Made by a program: the position numbers and the translations under genes. Below the pieces are notes generated by a model. The model was not told the DNA's origin. It ran no database searches and saw only the letters and a program-made list of their open reading frames with translations. Shown one piece after another: positions 9,558 to 19,185 of a stretch of DNA of 64,000 nucleotides. The stretch comes from Parcubacteria group bacterium (GTDB lineage: Bacteria; Patescibacteriota; Minisyncoccia; Minisyncoccales; UBA10102). Positions within the stretch are counted from its first letter, which is position 1; every line of letters starts with the position of its first letter. The stretch covers positions 181,336-245,335 of the forward strand of contig JACQLT010000002.1 in assembly GCA_016203945.1 (NCBI GenBank). The letters are read 5' to 3'.

Positions 9558-10121
9558 TTAGCTGCGCATCAGCTTCAGGGCTTTTTTCACACGCTCTTCC
9601 AGAGGACGAGAAGCATCTTCTGAAGAAAGCTGGGAAACGGCTTGCCGCGCCCGCTGCCTTGGAAATCCCAGGGCAACCAATGCGTCTATCATTTCTTTGT
9701 CTTCTTCCTGCTTTCCCAGAGTTTTGAGTTTCCCCGTCAGCTCCAGAATTATTTTCTGAATCTTTTTTTGTCCCAATCCGTGCACGCCCTTAAAATACGA
9801 GGCGTCTTCCTTTGAAATTGCTTCGTTCAGTCGCTCCCTGCTTCCCAAAGAAGTGATGGCAAGGGCTGCCTTGGGCCCGATGCCAGAAATGTCCGTGAGT
9901 TGCTCAAATAGCTCAAGGTTTGCCGGGGATTCCACGCCGTACAACTCCAGGGTTTCGTCCTTTCTGAGATAGAGGTAGCAATAGAACTCGGCCACCGAGC
10001 CCACACCCACCCGGGAGAGGAGCGCTCCTCCTAGGAATATTTTGTACCCTACCCCGCCTGCCTCTGATATGATATAGTCAGAACCCTTGGCAATAATCGT
10101 GCCCTTGAGATAGGAAATCAT
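9558..10121 (-). CDS. ruvA: Holliday junction branch migration protein RuvA
   Basis: MISYLKGTIIAKGSDYIISEAGGVGYKIF N-terminal OB domain; HhH region ISGIGPKAALAI; 187 aa. Confidence 0.85.
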   Translation of the reverse strand: MISYLKGTIIAKGSDYIISEAGGVGYKIFLGGALLSRVGVGSVAEFYCYLYLRKDETLELYGVESPANLELFEQLTDISGIGPKAALAITSLGSRERLNEAISKEDASYFKGVHGLGQKKIQKIILELTGKLKTLGKQEEDKEMIDALVALGFPRQRARQAVSQLSSEDASRPLEERVKKALKLMRS

Positions 10122-10135
10122 GGCTTTATTCTATC

Positions 10136-12217
10136 ATGGAATTCCGCCTTGTATCCAGCTACAAACCGACCGGAGATCAACCCGAGGCAATCCGTCAGCT
10201 CACAAAAAATCTTAAGATTGGGGCAAAACACCAGACGCTTTTGGGCGTGACAGGGTCTGGCAAGACATTCACTATGTCCAACGTCATCGCCCAGACCCAG
10301 CGCCCCACACTCGTCATCTCCCCCAACAAGACCCTGGCTGCCCAGCTCTACCAGGAGTTCAAAGAGTTCTTCCCCAACAGCGGGGTCCACTATTTCGTTT
10401 CCTATTACGACTACTATCAGCCAGAGGCCTACATTCCGCAAACAGACACCTATATTGAAAAAGACGCGAAAATAAATGAGGTGCTTGACCGCTTGCGCCA
10501 CGAGGCCGTTCAAGACGTGCTCTCGCGCAGAGACGTTATAGTGGTAGCTTCCATATCCTGCATCTATAGCATCGGGTCTCCTGAAGAATACCGGAGGGTC
10601 TCTCTTGGGCTGAAAGAGGGCCAGAAGATGACCCGCAAGGAACTTCTTTCAGCCCTGACTTCTCTCCAGTACCAGCGCAGCGACGCGGACTTAAAACCTG
10701 GAACGTTCCGGGTCAGGGGAGAAATCATTGACTTGTATTTGGTGACCGGCAAAGAAATCCTGAGGTTTGAAATGGCGGGGTCAACGATAGGGAAAATAAC
10801 GAAAAGCTACGCGGATCATGAAGAGCCGGGCACGGCTCTTTCTTCCTGCACCGTGTATCCCGGAAAATTCTGGGTTGCAGAAGAGGAACGCCTCAAGGTT
10901 GCCATGGCGAACATTCGCCTTGAACTCCAGGAACGGCTTCAAGAACTCAAAAAACAGGGAAAACTCCTGGAAGCGGAGCGCCTGGAACAGCGCACAAACT
11001 ATGATCTTGAGATGATAGCTGAATCCGGATACTGCCACGGCATTGAAAACTATTCTCGCCATCTTGAGTTCCGAAAGCAAGGAGACCCTCCGTTCACGCT
11101 TCTGGACTATTTCCCTGCCTCGCCAGCTCGCCTCGCTGAAGCTCCGGCGAAGCGGGCAGGCGGGCCCAAGGACCTCCTCGTATTCCTTGACGAAAGCCAT
11201 CTTACTCTTCCCCAGCTGCAGGCGATGTCCGCGCAGGACCGCATGCGCAAAGAATCTCTCGTGGAGCACGGATTCAGGCTGCCTTCTGCGATAGACAACC
11301 GGCCGCTGAGAAAAGAAGAGTTTTTTGCCAGGGCCCCTCAGGTAACATACGTGTCCGCGACTCCAGGGGCGTTTGAGAAACAGATGTCCGGCCCATTTGT
11401 GGCAGAACAGCTTATCCGCCCCACCCTGCTCTTAGAACCCGTCGTAGAAATAAGGACGACGAAGAACCAGCTCTCAGACCTTCTTAAGGAAATCCAGGGG
11501 CTCGCGCAGAAGAAACAGCGCACGCTCGTGGTCACGCTTACCAAACGCCTCGCAGAAGACATCGCAGACCATCTTGCAAAAGCAGGAGTCAGTGTGCAGT
11601 GGATGCACTCTGAAGTAAAGACGCTGGATCGTCCTCACATCCTAGAAAGCTTCAGGAGAGGAACATACGACGTACTCGTTGGCATCAACCTTCTGCGCGA
11701 GGGCTTGGATCTTCCCGAGGTCGCGCTTGTCGCGATTTTGGACGCCGACAAGGAGGGATTTCTGCGCAACGAAACAACGCTCATCCAGACCATGGGAAGG
11801 GCGGCCCGGCACCAAGAGGGCAGAGCCATTTTGTATGCCGACACGATTACGGGTTCCATGCAACGGGCACTCAAAGAAATCTCCAGGAGGAGAAAAATTC
11901 AGGAGGAGTACAACAAAGAGCATGGAGGGGTGCCACAGGCAATCGTGAAAGAAATCCGAAAGTGGGAACTCGGGACAAAAGAAAAAGCAACTCTGGCTGA
12001 GTTCGCGGCGGTCCAGGACGTTCAGGTCCTGCAACAAGAGATGAGGACGGCCGCCTCAAGCCTGGATTTTGAACGGGCTGCCGAAATTCGGGACTTGATA
12101 AAAAAAGTGAAGGGTGATACAAATACGGGGTATGGCAAATACAACATCGGCCCAGAAGGCGTTGCGGCAAAGCGTCAAAAGGAGAAAGATAAACCTGGCA
12201 AAAAAAGCCGGGGTTAA
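10136..12217 (+). CDS. uvrB: excinuclease ABC subunit B
   Basis: LLGVTGSGKTFTMSNVI Walker A; helicase motifs; C-terminal UVR domain LDFERAAEIRDLIKKVKG; 693 aa with an unusual 30-aa tail after the UVR motif. Confidence 0.9.
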   Translation: MEFRLVSSYKPTGDQPEAIRQLTKNLKIGAKHQTLLGVTGSGKTFTMSNVIAQTQRPTLVISPNKTLAAQLYQEFKEFFPNSGVHYFVSYYDYYQPEAYIPQTDTYIEKDAKINEVLDRLRHEAVQDVLSRRDVIVVASISCIYSIGSPEEYRRVSLGLKEGQKMTRKELLSALTSLQYQRSDADLKPGTFRVRGEIIDLYLVTGKEILRFEMAGSTIGKITKSYADHEEPGTALSSCTVYPGKFWVAEEERLKVAMANIRLELQERLQELKKQGKLLEAERLEQRTNYDLEMIAESGYCHGIENYSRHLEFRKQGDPPFTLLDYFPASPARLAEAPAKRAGGPKDLLVFLDESHLTLPQLQAMSAQDRMRKESLVEHGFRLPSAIDNRPLRKEEFFARAPQVTYVSATPGAFEKQMSGPFVAEQLIRPTLLLEPVVEIRTTKNQLSDLLKEIQGLAQKKQRTLVVTLTKRLAEDIADHLAKAGVSVQWMHSEVKTLDRPHILESFRRGTYDVLVGINLLREGLDLPEVALVAILDADKEGFLRNETTLIQTMGRAARHQEGRAILYADTITGSMQRALKEISRRRKIQEEYNKEHGGVPQAIVKEIRKWELGTKEKATLAEFAAVQDVQVLQQEMRTAASSLDFERAAEIRDLIKKVKGDTNTGYGKYNIGPEGVAAKRQKEKDKPGKKSRG

Positions 12218-12395
12218 AAGACTCAGAAAAGAATTGGAAGCTCTACTTCAAAAAAAAGAAATTCAGCAGGCCGAAGCTCTTCTCCAACAGGCCTACAAGT
12301 CGATTGATAAGGCGGCAAAAACCGGAGTACTTAAAAAGAATACTGCTGCGAGAAAAAAGTCTCGTCTGGCCCGCCTCCTGAAAACACGTTCGTAA
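12132..12395 (+). CDS. rpsT: 30S ribosomal protein S20
   Basis: MANTTSAQKALRQSVKRRKINLAKKAGVKRLRKEL...GVLKKNTAARKKSRLARLL matches S20 family; start placed at MANT; overlaps uvrB tail by ~85 nt in another frame. Confidence 0.7.
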   Translation: MANTTSAQKALRQSVKRRKINLAKKAGVKRLRKELEALLQKKEIQQAEALLQQAYKSIDKAAKTGVLKKNTAARKKSRLARLLKTRS

Positions 12396-13266
12396 GAAGG
12401 GTATCCAGGGCGGCTTCGGGTTCCATCTGGCCCGTCTTCATTGCGAAATCCGCTTGGAGTAAGAGCCCATGCATGTTCTTTAACTCTTCTGAAGAAAAGT
12501 TTGCGGCGTCTCTGGCTTTCCACCCCGAACCCTGTTCTTTCGCCTCTAAAAGGCTCCGAACCTGGAAGTGAAGCATGGAGAGAAGGTACACGGGCGACTC
12601 CCCCTTTGCAATGTGTCTGTGAAGAAGGCTGAACGCCTTCGTTTTGTTTTTTGCCGCAATCGAATTCAGCATAACGAAGATGTCTCCTACGAGAGCTGCT
12701 TCCGGAATAATCATAGCCACATCTTGCTTCTCTACGGTCTGGCCCTGCTTGAATGCGGCAAGCTTTGCCAATTCCTGGGACAGGCGCCAGAGATCATGTC
12801 CGGCTTCTTGCATCAAGAGAGTCCTCGCGTCTTTTGCAATCTCAACTCCGAGCGCCTTCCCCTCCCTCACAATCCACCGATCAAGTGCTGCAGCATCCAG
12901 TTCCTTATATTCGTGCACGGTTGCAACCTTCTGCAACGCTTTTAGCAAAGAATCTGATGCAAGGATTTTCCCCCGCTCAAGCAGCACAAGAATGAGGGAG
13001 GGGTTCTTGGCTAACGACTCGACCGAATTCGCAATGTGTTCCTTAAACTCCTTGATGCCGAATACATCCTCTAGGACGAGAAGTTTCTTCTCCTGGAAAA
13101 GCGAGTGGCTCTGCAGCTCATTTCTCAGCTCTTCTAAACTGATTTGTTCCACTCCCAACCTTTTTGCGCTAAACCCGGTCTTCCCGGAGGCTCCGTACGC
13201 TTCCCAGATCTCCCACAGCTTCTTTCGCGCCAAGTATTCTTCTTTCCCGTAGAGAAGGATAATCAT
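12331..13266 (-). CDS. holA: DNA polymerase III delta subunit
   Basis: 311 aa, MIILLYGKEEYLARKKL start and overall delta-subunit (clamp loader) pattern; convergent 65-nt overlap with rpsT. Confidence 0.55.
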   Translation of the reverse strand: MIILLYGKEEYLARKKLWEIWEAYGASGKTGFSAKRLGVEQISLEELRNELQSHSLFQEKKLLVLEDVFGIKEFKEHIANSVESLAKNPSLILVLLERGKILASDSLLKALQKVATVHEYKELDAAALDRWIVREGKALGVEIAKDARTLLMQEAGHDLWRLSQELAKLAAFKQGQTVEKQDVAMIIPEAALVGDIFVMLNSIAAKNKTKAFSLLHRHIAKGESPVYLLSMLHFQVRSLLEAKEQGSGWKARDAANFSSEELKNMHGLLLQADFAMKTGQMEPEAALDTLLTNVFSGGGPDETFFSQQYSF

Positions 13267-13270
13267 AGTA

Positions 13271-15484
13271 TTACAGCTCCGCCCAACTGGTCGCCTGCGA
13301 AACCCTTACCAGCAGCGGCGGATCAAACGATACCACCTCTTCCATCGCCTTCTTGATGGGAAGCATATAATTCTGCGCTTTTGTGTCCGGGCATTCCAGA
13401 AGCAGTTCGTCGTGCACCTGGAGCAGCATACGGCATTCTGAATTGGAGTTCAATACGAGCTCTTGAACCCGCACCATCGCCATTTTCATGATGTCGGCTG
13501 CCGTACCTTGCGCCGGCATGTTTATTGCCATGCGTTCAGCAGCCGCCCTTATTTGAGGGGTCGGGGAATTCACGTCGGGCAAAAATCGCTTTCTCCCAAA
13601 CATGGTTTCCACGTATCCATGCTTTCTCGCAAACTCTTTGGTCTCTTCCATATACCTCAAGATGCCGGGGAATCTGAGGAAGTACTGGTCAATGAAATCT
13701 TGGGCCTCTTGCAACGGAATGCCAGAAGACCTCGCAAATCCCCGAGCTCCCATGCCGTACAGCACTCCGAAGTTCAGGGCCTTTGCCCGAAAGCGCATCT
13801 CTTGAGAAACATCTCCGGGAGCGATGCCGAACACTTCGGCTGCCGTCATGGCGTGAATATCAAGGCCTTTCTCAAAAAACGTTTTCATTTTCTCTTCCTT
13901 TGCGAGGGCTGCTGCAATGCGAAGCTCCATTTGGGAGTAGTCAAAAGAAAGGAGGATATGATTTTTTTCTGCAATGAATCCTTTGCGGATTTTCTTTCCC
14001 CAGACGCCCTGCAAAGGAATATTTTGAAGATTTGGATTGGAGGAAGACAGACGGCCAGTCGCGGCCCCAAACTGATCGAAGCTGGTATGGATGCGGTCGT
14101 TCGCATCGGCTTTCTCCAGGAGCGGTAAGACATACGTGCTCAGGAGCTTCTTGAGTTCCCGGTATGCGACCACATGCGAGACGATCGGATGGAGATTATA
14201 GATTTTCTCCAGCTCGTCTGACGCCGTTGAAAACACGCCTCCCGGAGTTTTCTTCAACCCATTGGATGGGAGCCCCAGGGTTTGGAACAGCGCAACGGAG
14301 AGCTGTGCGGGGGAGTTCAGATTGAACTGCTGGCCGGCCATTGCGTATACTTCCTTCTCTATGCCTCGCATCTTCTCATCCATTTCTTGAGCGAGCTTCG
14401 TAAAGTACTTACGGTCTATCTTCATGCCCGCCTTCTCTATAGCTCCTAAGATTGGGATGAGTTTGCGCTCTAGTTCGGCTAACGCAGGAGGAAGCACTCC
14501 GCTCTCTTCTAATTGCTTAATTCTTGTTTCCAGGGTGGCTGAAGCATCTTCTTGCACCAAAAGAATCGGGGGTGCGGCGCCCTTATCCGCGATGAGCATA
14601 GGGAGCTTGTCCACGAGCGAAAAGAATTCCAGCTCTTTGAGCTTTTCCGCAGCTGCTCCCCTGTCGTATCCCTTCCACGCGCAATCCTTGAGCTGAAACT
14701 CCATGGGAACGTTCTGGTCTATGGTTCCCAGGTCTTTACTGATAAACGCGTCTTCTTTGGAGGCCAAGAGCGTTGTCCTGAGCCTTGGAGAAATATTTTC
14801 TGTTTCTTTTTTTTCTATCTTTTTATAGATGTTTTCTAGAGATCCAAATTGAGAAAGAAGTGTGATCGCTGTTTTTTCTCCCACTCCGCGAACCCCTGGA
14901 ATATTATCTGAAGGGTCTCCGTGCAATCCTTTGTAATCCGGAAGTTGAGAGGGGAGGAGACCCGAAAACCGTTCTTGCACGGCCTTCTTATTAAACAACG
15001 CTACGTCTTGCAATCCTCTGCGGGCGGCAAACACCTTTACTTGATCGTTCACCAGCTGGAGCGCGTCCATGTCCCCTGAGGCAATGATGATTCCCAGTTT
15101 TGGGTACGCCTGAGCTCTCTGCGCCTTCTTTGCGATTGTGCCGATGAGATCGTCCGCCTCAAATCCCTGCTTCTCATACACGGGAATGCCCAGCACGGCG
15201 AGCAGTTCTTTTACGCGCGGCATTTGGGCGTAGAGCTCATCCGGGGCTTTTACGCGTTTTGCCTTGTATCCCGCATACGCTCTGTGGCGTTTTGTGGGGC
15301 CCGGCATATCAAAAGTTGCCGCAATATATTCCGGATGGAATTCTTTGATTGCCTTGAAGAGCACAAGAAGAAATCCGTACGCGGCGTTGGTAAGCTCGCC
15401 TGTTCTTGTGCGAAACGGCGGCAACGCATGAAATGCCCGGTGGATAAGGGAGTTCGCGTCAATGATAAGAAGGCGTTGTTTCAT
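13271..15484 (-). CDS. polA: DNA polymerase I (5'-3' exonuclease + polymerase; short form, 737 aa)
   Basis: N-terminal 5' nuclease LLIIDANSLIHRAFHAL; polymerase motifs RFRAKALNFGVLYGMGARG (motif B), QVHDELLLE (motif C). Confidence 0.9.
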   Translation of the reverse strand: MKQRLLIIDANSLIHRAFHALPPFRTRTGELTNAAYGFLLVLFKAIKEFHPEYIAATFDMPGPTKRHRAYAGYKAKRVKAPDELYAQMPRVKELLAVLGIPVYEKQGFEADDLIGTIAKKAQRAQAYPKLGIIIASGDMDALQLVNDQVKVFAARRGLQDVALFNKKAVQERFSGLLPSQLPDYKGLHGDPSDNIPGVRGVGEKTAITLLSQFGSLENIYKKIEKKETENISPRLRTTLLASKEDAFISKDLGTIDQNVPMEFQLKDCAWKGYDRGAAAEKLKELEFFSLVDKLPMLIADKGAAPPILLVQEDASATLETRIKQLEESGVLPPALAELERKLIPILGAIEKAGMKIDRKYFTKLAQEMDEKMRGIEKEVYAMAGQQFNLNSPAQLSVALFQTLGLPSNGLKKTPGGVFSTASDELEKIYNLHPIVSHVVAYRELKKLLSTYVLPLLEKADANDRIHTSFDQFGAATGRLSSSNPNLQNIPLQGVWGKKIRKGFIAEKNHILLSFDYSQMELRIAAALAKEEKMKTFFEKGLDIHAMTAAEVFGIAPGDVSQEMRFRAKALNFGVLYGMGARGFARSSGIPLQEAQDFIDQYFLRFPGILRYMEETKEFARKHGYVETMFGRKRFLPDVNSPTPQIRAAAERMAINMPAQGTAADIMKMAMVRVQELVLNSNSECRMLLQVHDELLLECPDTKAQNYMLPIKKAMEEVVSFDPPLLVRVSQATSWAEL

Positions 15485-15924
15485 ATGCGTCTCTTTTTCT
15501 CTTTCTCTTTAAGAGCGATGGTCCTGGCGTTTTTCTTGGCTGCGTAAGAAAAGCGCAGAACAATGGCGTCTTTGGGAAGAAGCCGGGCTATGTGCCCTGG
15601 CCATTCAAGCACTACGATATTACTTGGGTCTTTCACGATATCCTTCCACCCGACAGAGAGCAAATCCGCGGGTTTACGAATCCTATAGCAGTCTATATGA
15701 AAGAACGATCTGAAATGAGATTGCTTGGGGATGACCGAGCGCCTGGATATGATAAATGTGGGGCTTAATATCCGCTCTCGTATCCCCAGGCCCTGGGCAA
15801 AGCCCTGGACAAAGGTGGTTTTTCCGGCTCCGAGCTCTCCTTGTAGCGCAAGAACAAGCGCACGGCCTGCCTGCCGGCCAGGTAGGCGCGAGGCGGGAGA
15901 CCCAAACACTGCTTTCGCAAACAT
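15481..15924 (-). CDS. tsaE: tRNA threonylcarbamoyladenosine biosynthesis protein TsaE
   Basis: LVLALQGELGAGKTTFVQGFAQGLGI P-loop typical of YjeE/TsaE; start trimmed to MFAKAVF (146 aa) because the 72-aa ORF-track N-extension is low-complexity; ATGA overlap with polA start. Confidence 0.6.
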   Translation of the reverse strand: MFAKAVFGSPASRLPGRQAGRALVLALQGELGAGKTTFVQGFAQGLGIRERILSPTFIISRRSVIPKQSHFRSFFHIDCYRIRKPADLLSVGWKDIVKDPSNIVVLEWPGHIARLLPKDAIVLRFSYAAKKNARTIALKEKEKKRRI

Positions 15925-16199
15925 TGTTCCGAGTTTTCGAGTCTTTGCAGCTGATGATGTCGTTGACTTTGCCACAAGGTGTGATAGCGTTAGCGATATA
16001 TGGCGGACCAAAAAGGAAAAACGTTCTCTATTATCCTCCGGGGACTGGCCCCTCACGTCTCGCAGGTCTCGTACGAACGGAATGCCGATGATTTGTCTCT
16101 CTATCTTGGGCTGAAAGAGGGGGATCTGAAGCCGGAGCACCTGGTCATCAAACGGGGGGGTTCTGACCTCACCATCATTCTAACGAAGCCCGAGGCAAA

Positions 16200-17513
16200 A
16201 TGAAAATAGGGGCGGGAGAAGAGCGACAACGTCTAACTGGGGAAGTTCGCGTGGAACCCGCATTCCTCGCAGAGCTTGAAGAAAAATTGAAGGGTGGGGA
16301 GTCCGTTCTGGACGTTCTTAATGAAGCATTTGGAAAGGGGACGAGCGAGGTGGTGCGCGTGCTTCTGGGGACCGCCCTCACGCAGCAGGCCTCCGATATC
16401 CACATTGAACCTGGGAAAGAACATGCCCAGGTTCGTTTTCGCATGGACGGCCTGCTTCACGATATGGCCGTCGTCTCCCCTGCCCAGTACCAAGGAATTC
16501 TTTCTCGCATCAAACTGCTCTCCGCCCTCAAGCTCAACATCACAGACCGCGCGCAAGACGGCAGGTTCACCGTCGCTGCAGAACAGCTCATGGAAATCAG
16601 GGTGTCCAGCCTGCCCTCAGAATACGGGGAATCCCTGGTGCTGCGCGTGCTCAACCCGAAAAATATCCTTTCTTTGGAGGAGCTGGGGCTCAGAAAAGAT
16701 CTTCTTGAGATATTCCGCAAAGAGATCGCGAAGCCCAACGGCATGATCATCGTCACGGGTCCCACGGGAGCCGGCAAAACCACGACGCTGTACGCGTTTC
16801 TGCGGGAAATCAACGACCCCGAAATTAAGATCATCACCATTGAGGACCCTATTGAATACCATCTGGAAGGGATTTCCCAAACCCAGGTGCATCCTGAAAA
16901 AGGGTATATGTTCGCCTCGGGGCTCCGGGCAATTGTGCGCCAAGATCCAGACGCTATCTTGGTGGGAGAAATCCGGGACGCGGAAACCGCAGACATCGCC
17001 CTGCAGGCCTCGCTCACCGGACACCTGGTGCTCACCACGCTTCATACGAATGACGCCGCAGGGACGATTACGAGATTGATAAGCTTGGGGGCAAAACCCG
17101 TGAACATAGCTCCGGCCCTGAACCTCGCCGTGGCTCAGCGGCTTGTGCGAAGAGTATGCAAGGGGTGCGCTTCGTTCAAAGAAATGACAAAAGAAGAGCT
17201 CGCTCAGGTCCGACAAGAGCTTGAGCATCTTCCTGCTGGAATGAAACCCAAGATTGGGAGTACAATTAAAATAGCCCGGGCAAAGGGCTGTAAAGAGTGC
17301 GGCAAGAGCGGCTACCTGGGGAGGGTGGGGCTGTTTGAAGCAATCGTCATGGATGACGAATTGCGGGAGCTCGTGCTGACATCTCCCTCCATCGCTCAAC
17401 TGAAAAAGAGGGCGATTGAAAAGGGTATGATCACGTTGCGCCAAGACGGGATCCTGCTCGTACTCCAGGGCGTCACGACCATGGAAGAAATAGAGCGGGT
17501 GACCGCAGAATGA
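16200..17513 (+). CDS. pilB: GspE/PilB-family secretion/pilus assembly ATPase (N-terminally short, 437 aa)
   Basis: GPTGAGKTTTLYAFL Walker A, DPIEYHL, tetracysteine CKGC...CKECGKSG zinc motif characteristic of PilB/GspE. Confidence 0.85.
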   Translation: MKIGAGEERQRLTGEVRVEPAFLAELEEKLKGGESVLDVLNEAFGKGTSEVVRVLLGTALTQQASDIHIEPGKEHAQVRFRMDGLLHDMAVVSPAQYQGILSRIKLLSALKLNITDRAQDGRFTVAAEQLMEIRVSSLPSEYGESLVLRVLNPKNILSLEELGLRKDLLEIFRKEIAKPNGMIIVTGPTGAGKTTTLYAFLREINDPEIKIITIEDPIEYHLEGISQTQVHPEKGYMFASGLRAIVRQDPDAILVGEIRDAETADIALQASLTGHLVLTTLHTNDAAGTITRLISLGAKPVNIAPALNLAVAQRLVRRVCKGCASFKEMTKEELAQVRQELEHLPAGMKPKIGSTIKIARAKGCKECGKSGYLGRVGLFEAIVMDDELRELVLTSPSIAQLKKRAIEKGMITLRQDGILLVLQGVTTMEEIERVTAE

Positions 17514-17650
17514 GAGGAAGTTTGTTGGGCTGGGGACCCATTTGGTTGTCGGAACACAAATTTAGGATTATTCCGGGGAATGGCTCAGCATGACCCGTGC
17601 CACCCGCCAAAATAAGAGATAACCCCAGGTCCCCAGCTCAGCAAACTTTC

Positions 17651-17682
17651 TTGACCTTTCAAGTAATTATTATACTATAATA
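17651..17682 (+). promoter_or_regulatory. putative sigma70-type promoter upstream of ruvB
   Basis: TTGACC at 17651-56 and TATAAT at 17676-81 (19-nt spacer), 6 nt before ruvB ATG at 17687. Confidence 0.35.
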
Positions 17683-17686
17683 AAAA

Positions 17687-18646
17687 ATGATTGTCAAGGA
17701 CCCTCCTCAACTCCGCCCTGCGACGTTCGCAGAGTACATAGGCCAAGAAAAACTCAAGAACCAGCTCCGGGTCATCCTGGAAGCCGCGAAAAAGCGCGGA
17801 GAGCCCTTAGAGCACTTGCTGTTTTACGGCAACTCAGGACTTGGCAAGACCACGCTCGCCCATGTGGTCGGAAACGACATAGGAGCTGCCCTGCACGCAG
17901 CAGCCGGCCCTTCGCTTGAGCGCACAGGAGACATTGCCTCTCTTCTTACCTCTCTTGAAGAAGGAGATATCCTCTTTCTGGACGAGTGCCACCGCGTGCC
18001 AAAGCCCGTACTGGAAATGCTCTACTCTGCCATGGAAGACTTCAAGCTCCATCTGGTGATCGGCAAGGGGCCCATGGCGCGCACCATGGAACTAGACATT
18101 CCCCGGTTCACGCTCATCGGAGCCACCACGCGCATGGCGCAGCTTCCGAGTCCGTTCCGAAACCGCTTTGGAGCAATATTCCATTTTTCCTTCTATACGC
18201 CAGACGATATGGAGCACATCGTAAAGCGCTCTGCATCCATTCTGGGCATGGAGTTGGGCAGCGAAGCTGTTCGCATGGTTGCCGCTTCCTCGCGCCTCAC
18301 GCCGCGCGTTGCAAATCGCCTCTTGCGCCGCATACGGGACTTCGCAAGCATTGAGGAGGCGAAGATTACGGCGGATCTCGTAAAAAAAGCGCTTGAGTTT
18401 TTGGAAATTGACGAATGGGGATTGGAGCGGACCGACAGGCGCATCTTGGAGGTGCTCGTGCAGAAGTTCAAAGGAGGTCCTGTCGGGATTCAAGCCTTAG
18501 CTTCCGCTCTCTCTGAGGAAGAGGAGACCATTCTGGACGTATACGAACCCTTCCTCATGCGCCTCGGATTCATTGAACGAACTCCGAAGGGCAGAATGGC
18601 TACTCCCCTCGTATACAAACATCTACAACTTCCATTATTGGGATGA
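17687..18646 (+). CDS. ruvB: Holliday junction DNA helicase RuvB
   Basis: LLFYGNSGLGKTTLAHVV Walker A, ILFLDECHRV Walker B, AAA+ and winged-helix regions. Confidence 0.9.
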   Translation: MIVKDPPQLRPATFAEYIGQEKLKNQLRVILEAAKKRGEPLEHLLFYGNSGLGKTTLAHVVGNDIGAALHAAAGPSLERTGDIASLLTSLEEGDILFLDECHRVPKPVLEMLYSAMEDFKLHLVIGKGPMARTMELDIPRFTLIGATTRMAQLPSPFRNRFGAIFHFSFYTPDDMEHIVKRSASILGMELGSEAVRMVAASSRLTPRVANRLLRRIRDFASIEEAKITADLVKKALEFLEIDEWGLERTDRRILEVLVQKFKGGPVGIQALASALSEEEETILDVYEPFLMRLGFIERTPKGRMATPLVYKHLQLPLLG

Positions 18647-19185
18647 GCGGACACAGCCACGCAAAAAAAGTAAAGCACCAGAAGGAAGCTACCGCAGCTG
18701 AGCGCAGCAAGATTTTTTCAAAACTCTCAAACGAGATTACTGTTGCCGCGCGCTCCGGAGGCAAAGACCCTGTAAGCAATCCCCGACTCAGAACCGCCAT
18801 TGAGAAGGCGAGGGACGTGAATATGCCTTCAGACAATGTCGAGAGGGCTGTGCGCCGGGGCACCGGAGAAGAAACGGGGCAGGTATTAGAAGAGCTTCTT
18901 TTGGAAGCGCTCGGCCCCAACAACACCGCCATTCTCATTGAGGTCATCACCGACAACCGGAACAGAACGCTTGGAGAGATGCGCCGCATCCTCCAGGAGC
19001 ATCAAGGAAAGCTCGTTAGCGAAGGAAATGTCAGGTGGATGTTTGAGCGGCAGGGAGGCGAATGGGTCCCGAAGAGCGATGTTGTCGTGGCGGCGGACGA
19101 ACCAACAACCCAGCTCTTAGACAAGCTCTTTGATGCGCTGGAGGAGAACGACTCTGTCCAGGAAATCTATTCAACCCTGCCTTGA
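18643..19185 (+). CDS. yebC: YebC/PmpR family DNA-binding regulator (short, 180 aa)
   Basis: MSGHSHAKKVKHQKEATAAERSKIFSKLSNEI matches YebC N-terminus (MAGHSKWANIKHRK...GKIF.KL); located between ruvB and ruvC as in many bacteria. Confidence 0.65.
   Translation: MSGHSHAKKVKHQKEATAAERSKIFSKLSNEITVAARSGGKDPVSNPRLRTAIEKARDVNMPSDNVERAVRRGTGEETGQVLEELLLEALGPNNTAILIEVITDNRNRTLGEMRRILQEHQGKLVSEGNVRWMFERQGGEWVPKSDVVVAADEPTTQLLDKLFDALEENDSVQEIYSTLP

Noticed and set aside
15925-16140. 72-aa N-terminal extension of tsaE
   Set aside because: Arg-rich low-complexity sequence in a locally GC-rich stretch; TsaE-like spacing to the P-loop is restored by starting at MFAKAVF (15924). Start remains uncertain.
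16617-17444. 275-aa minus-strand ORF (and 16457-17038) inside pilB
   Set aside because: Antisense to a well-conserved GspE/PilB ATPase; composition-driven long ORF typical of opposite strand of a real gene.
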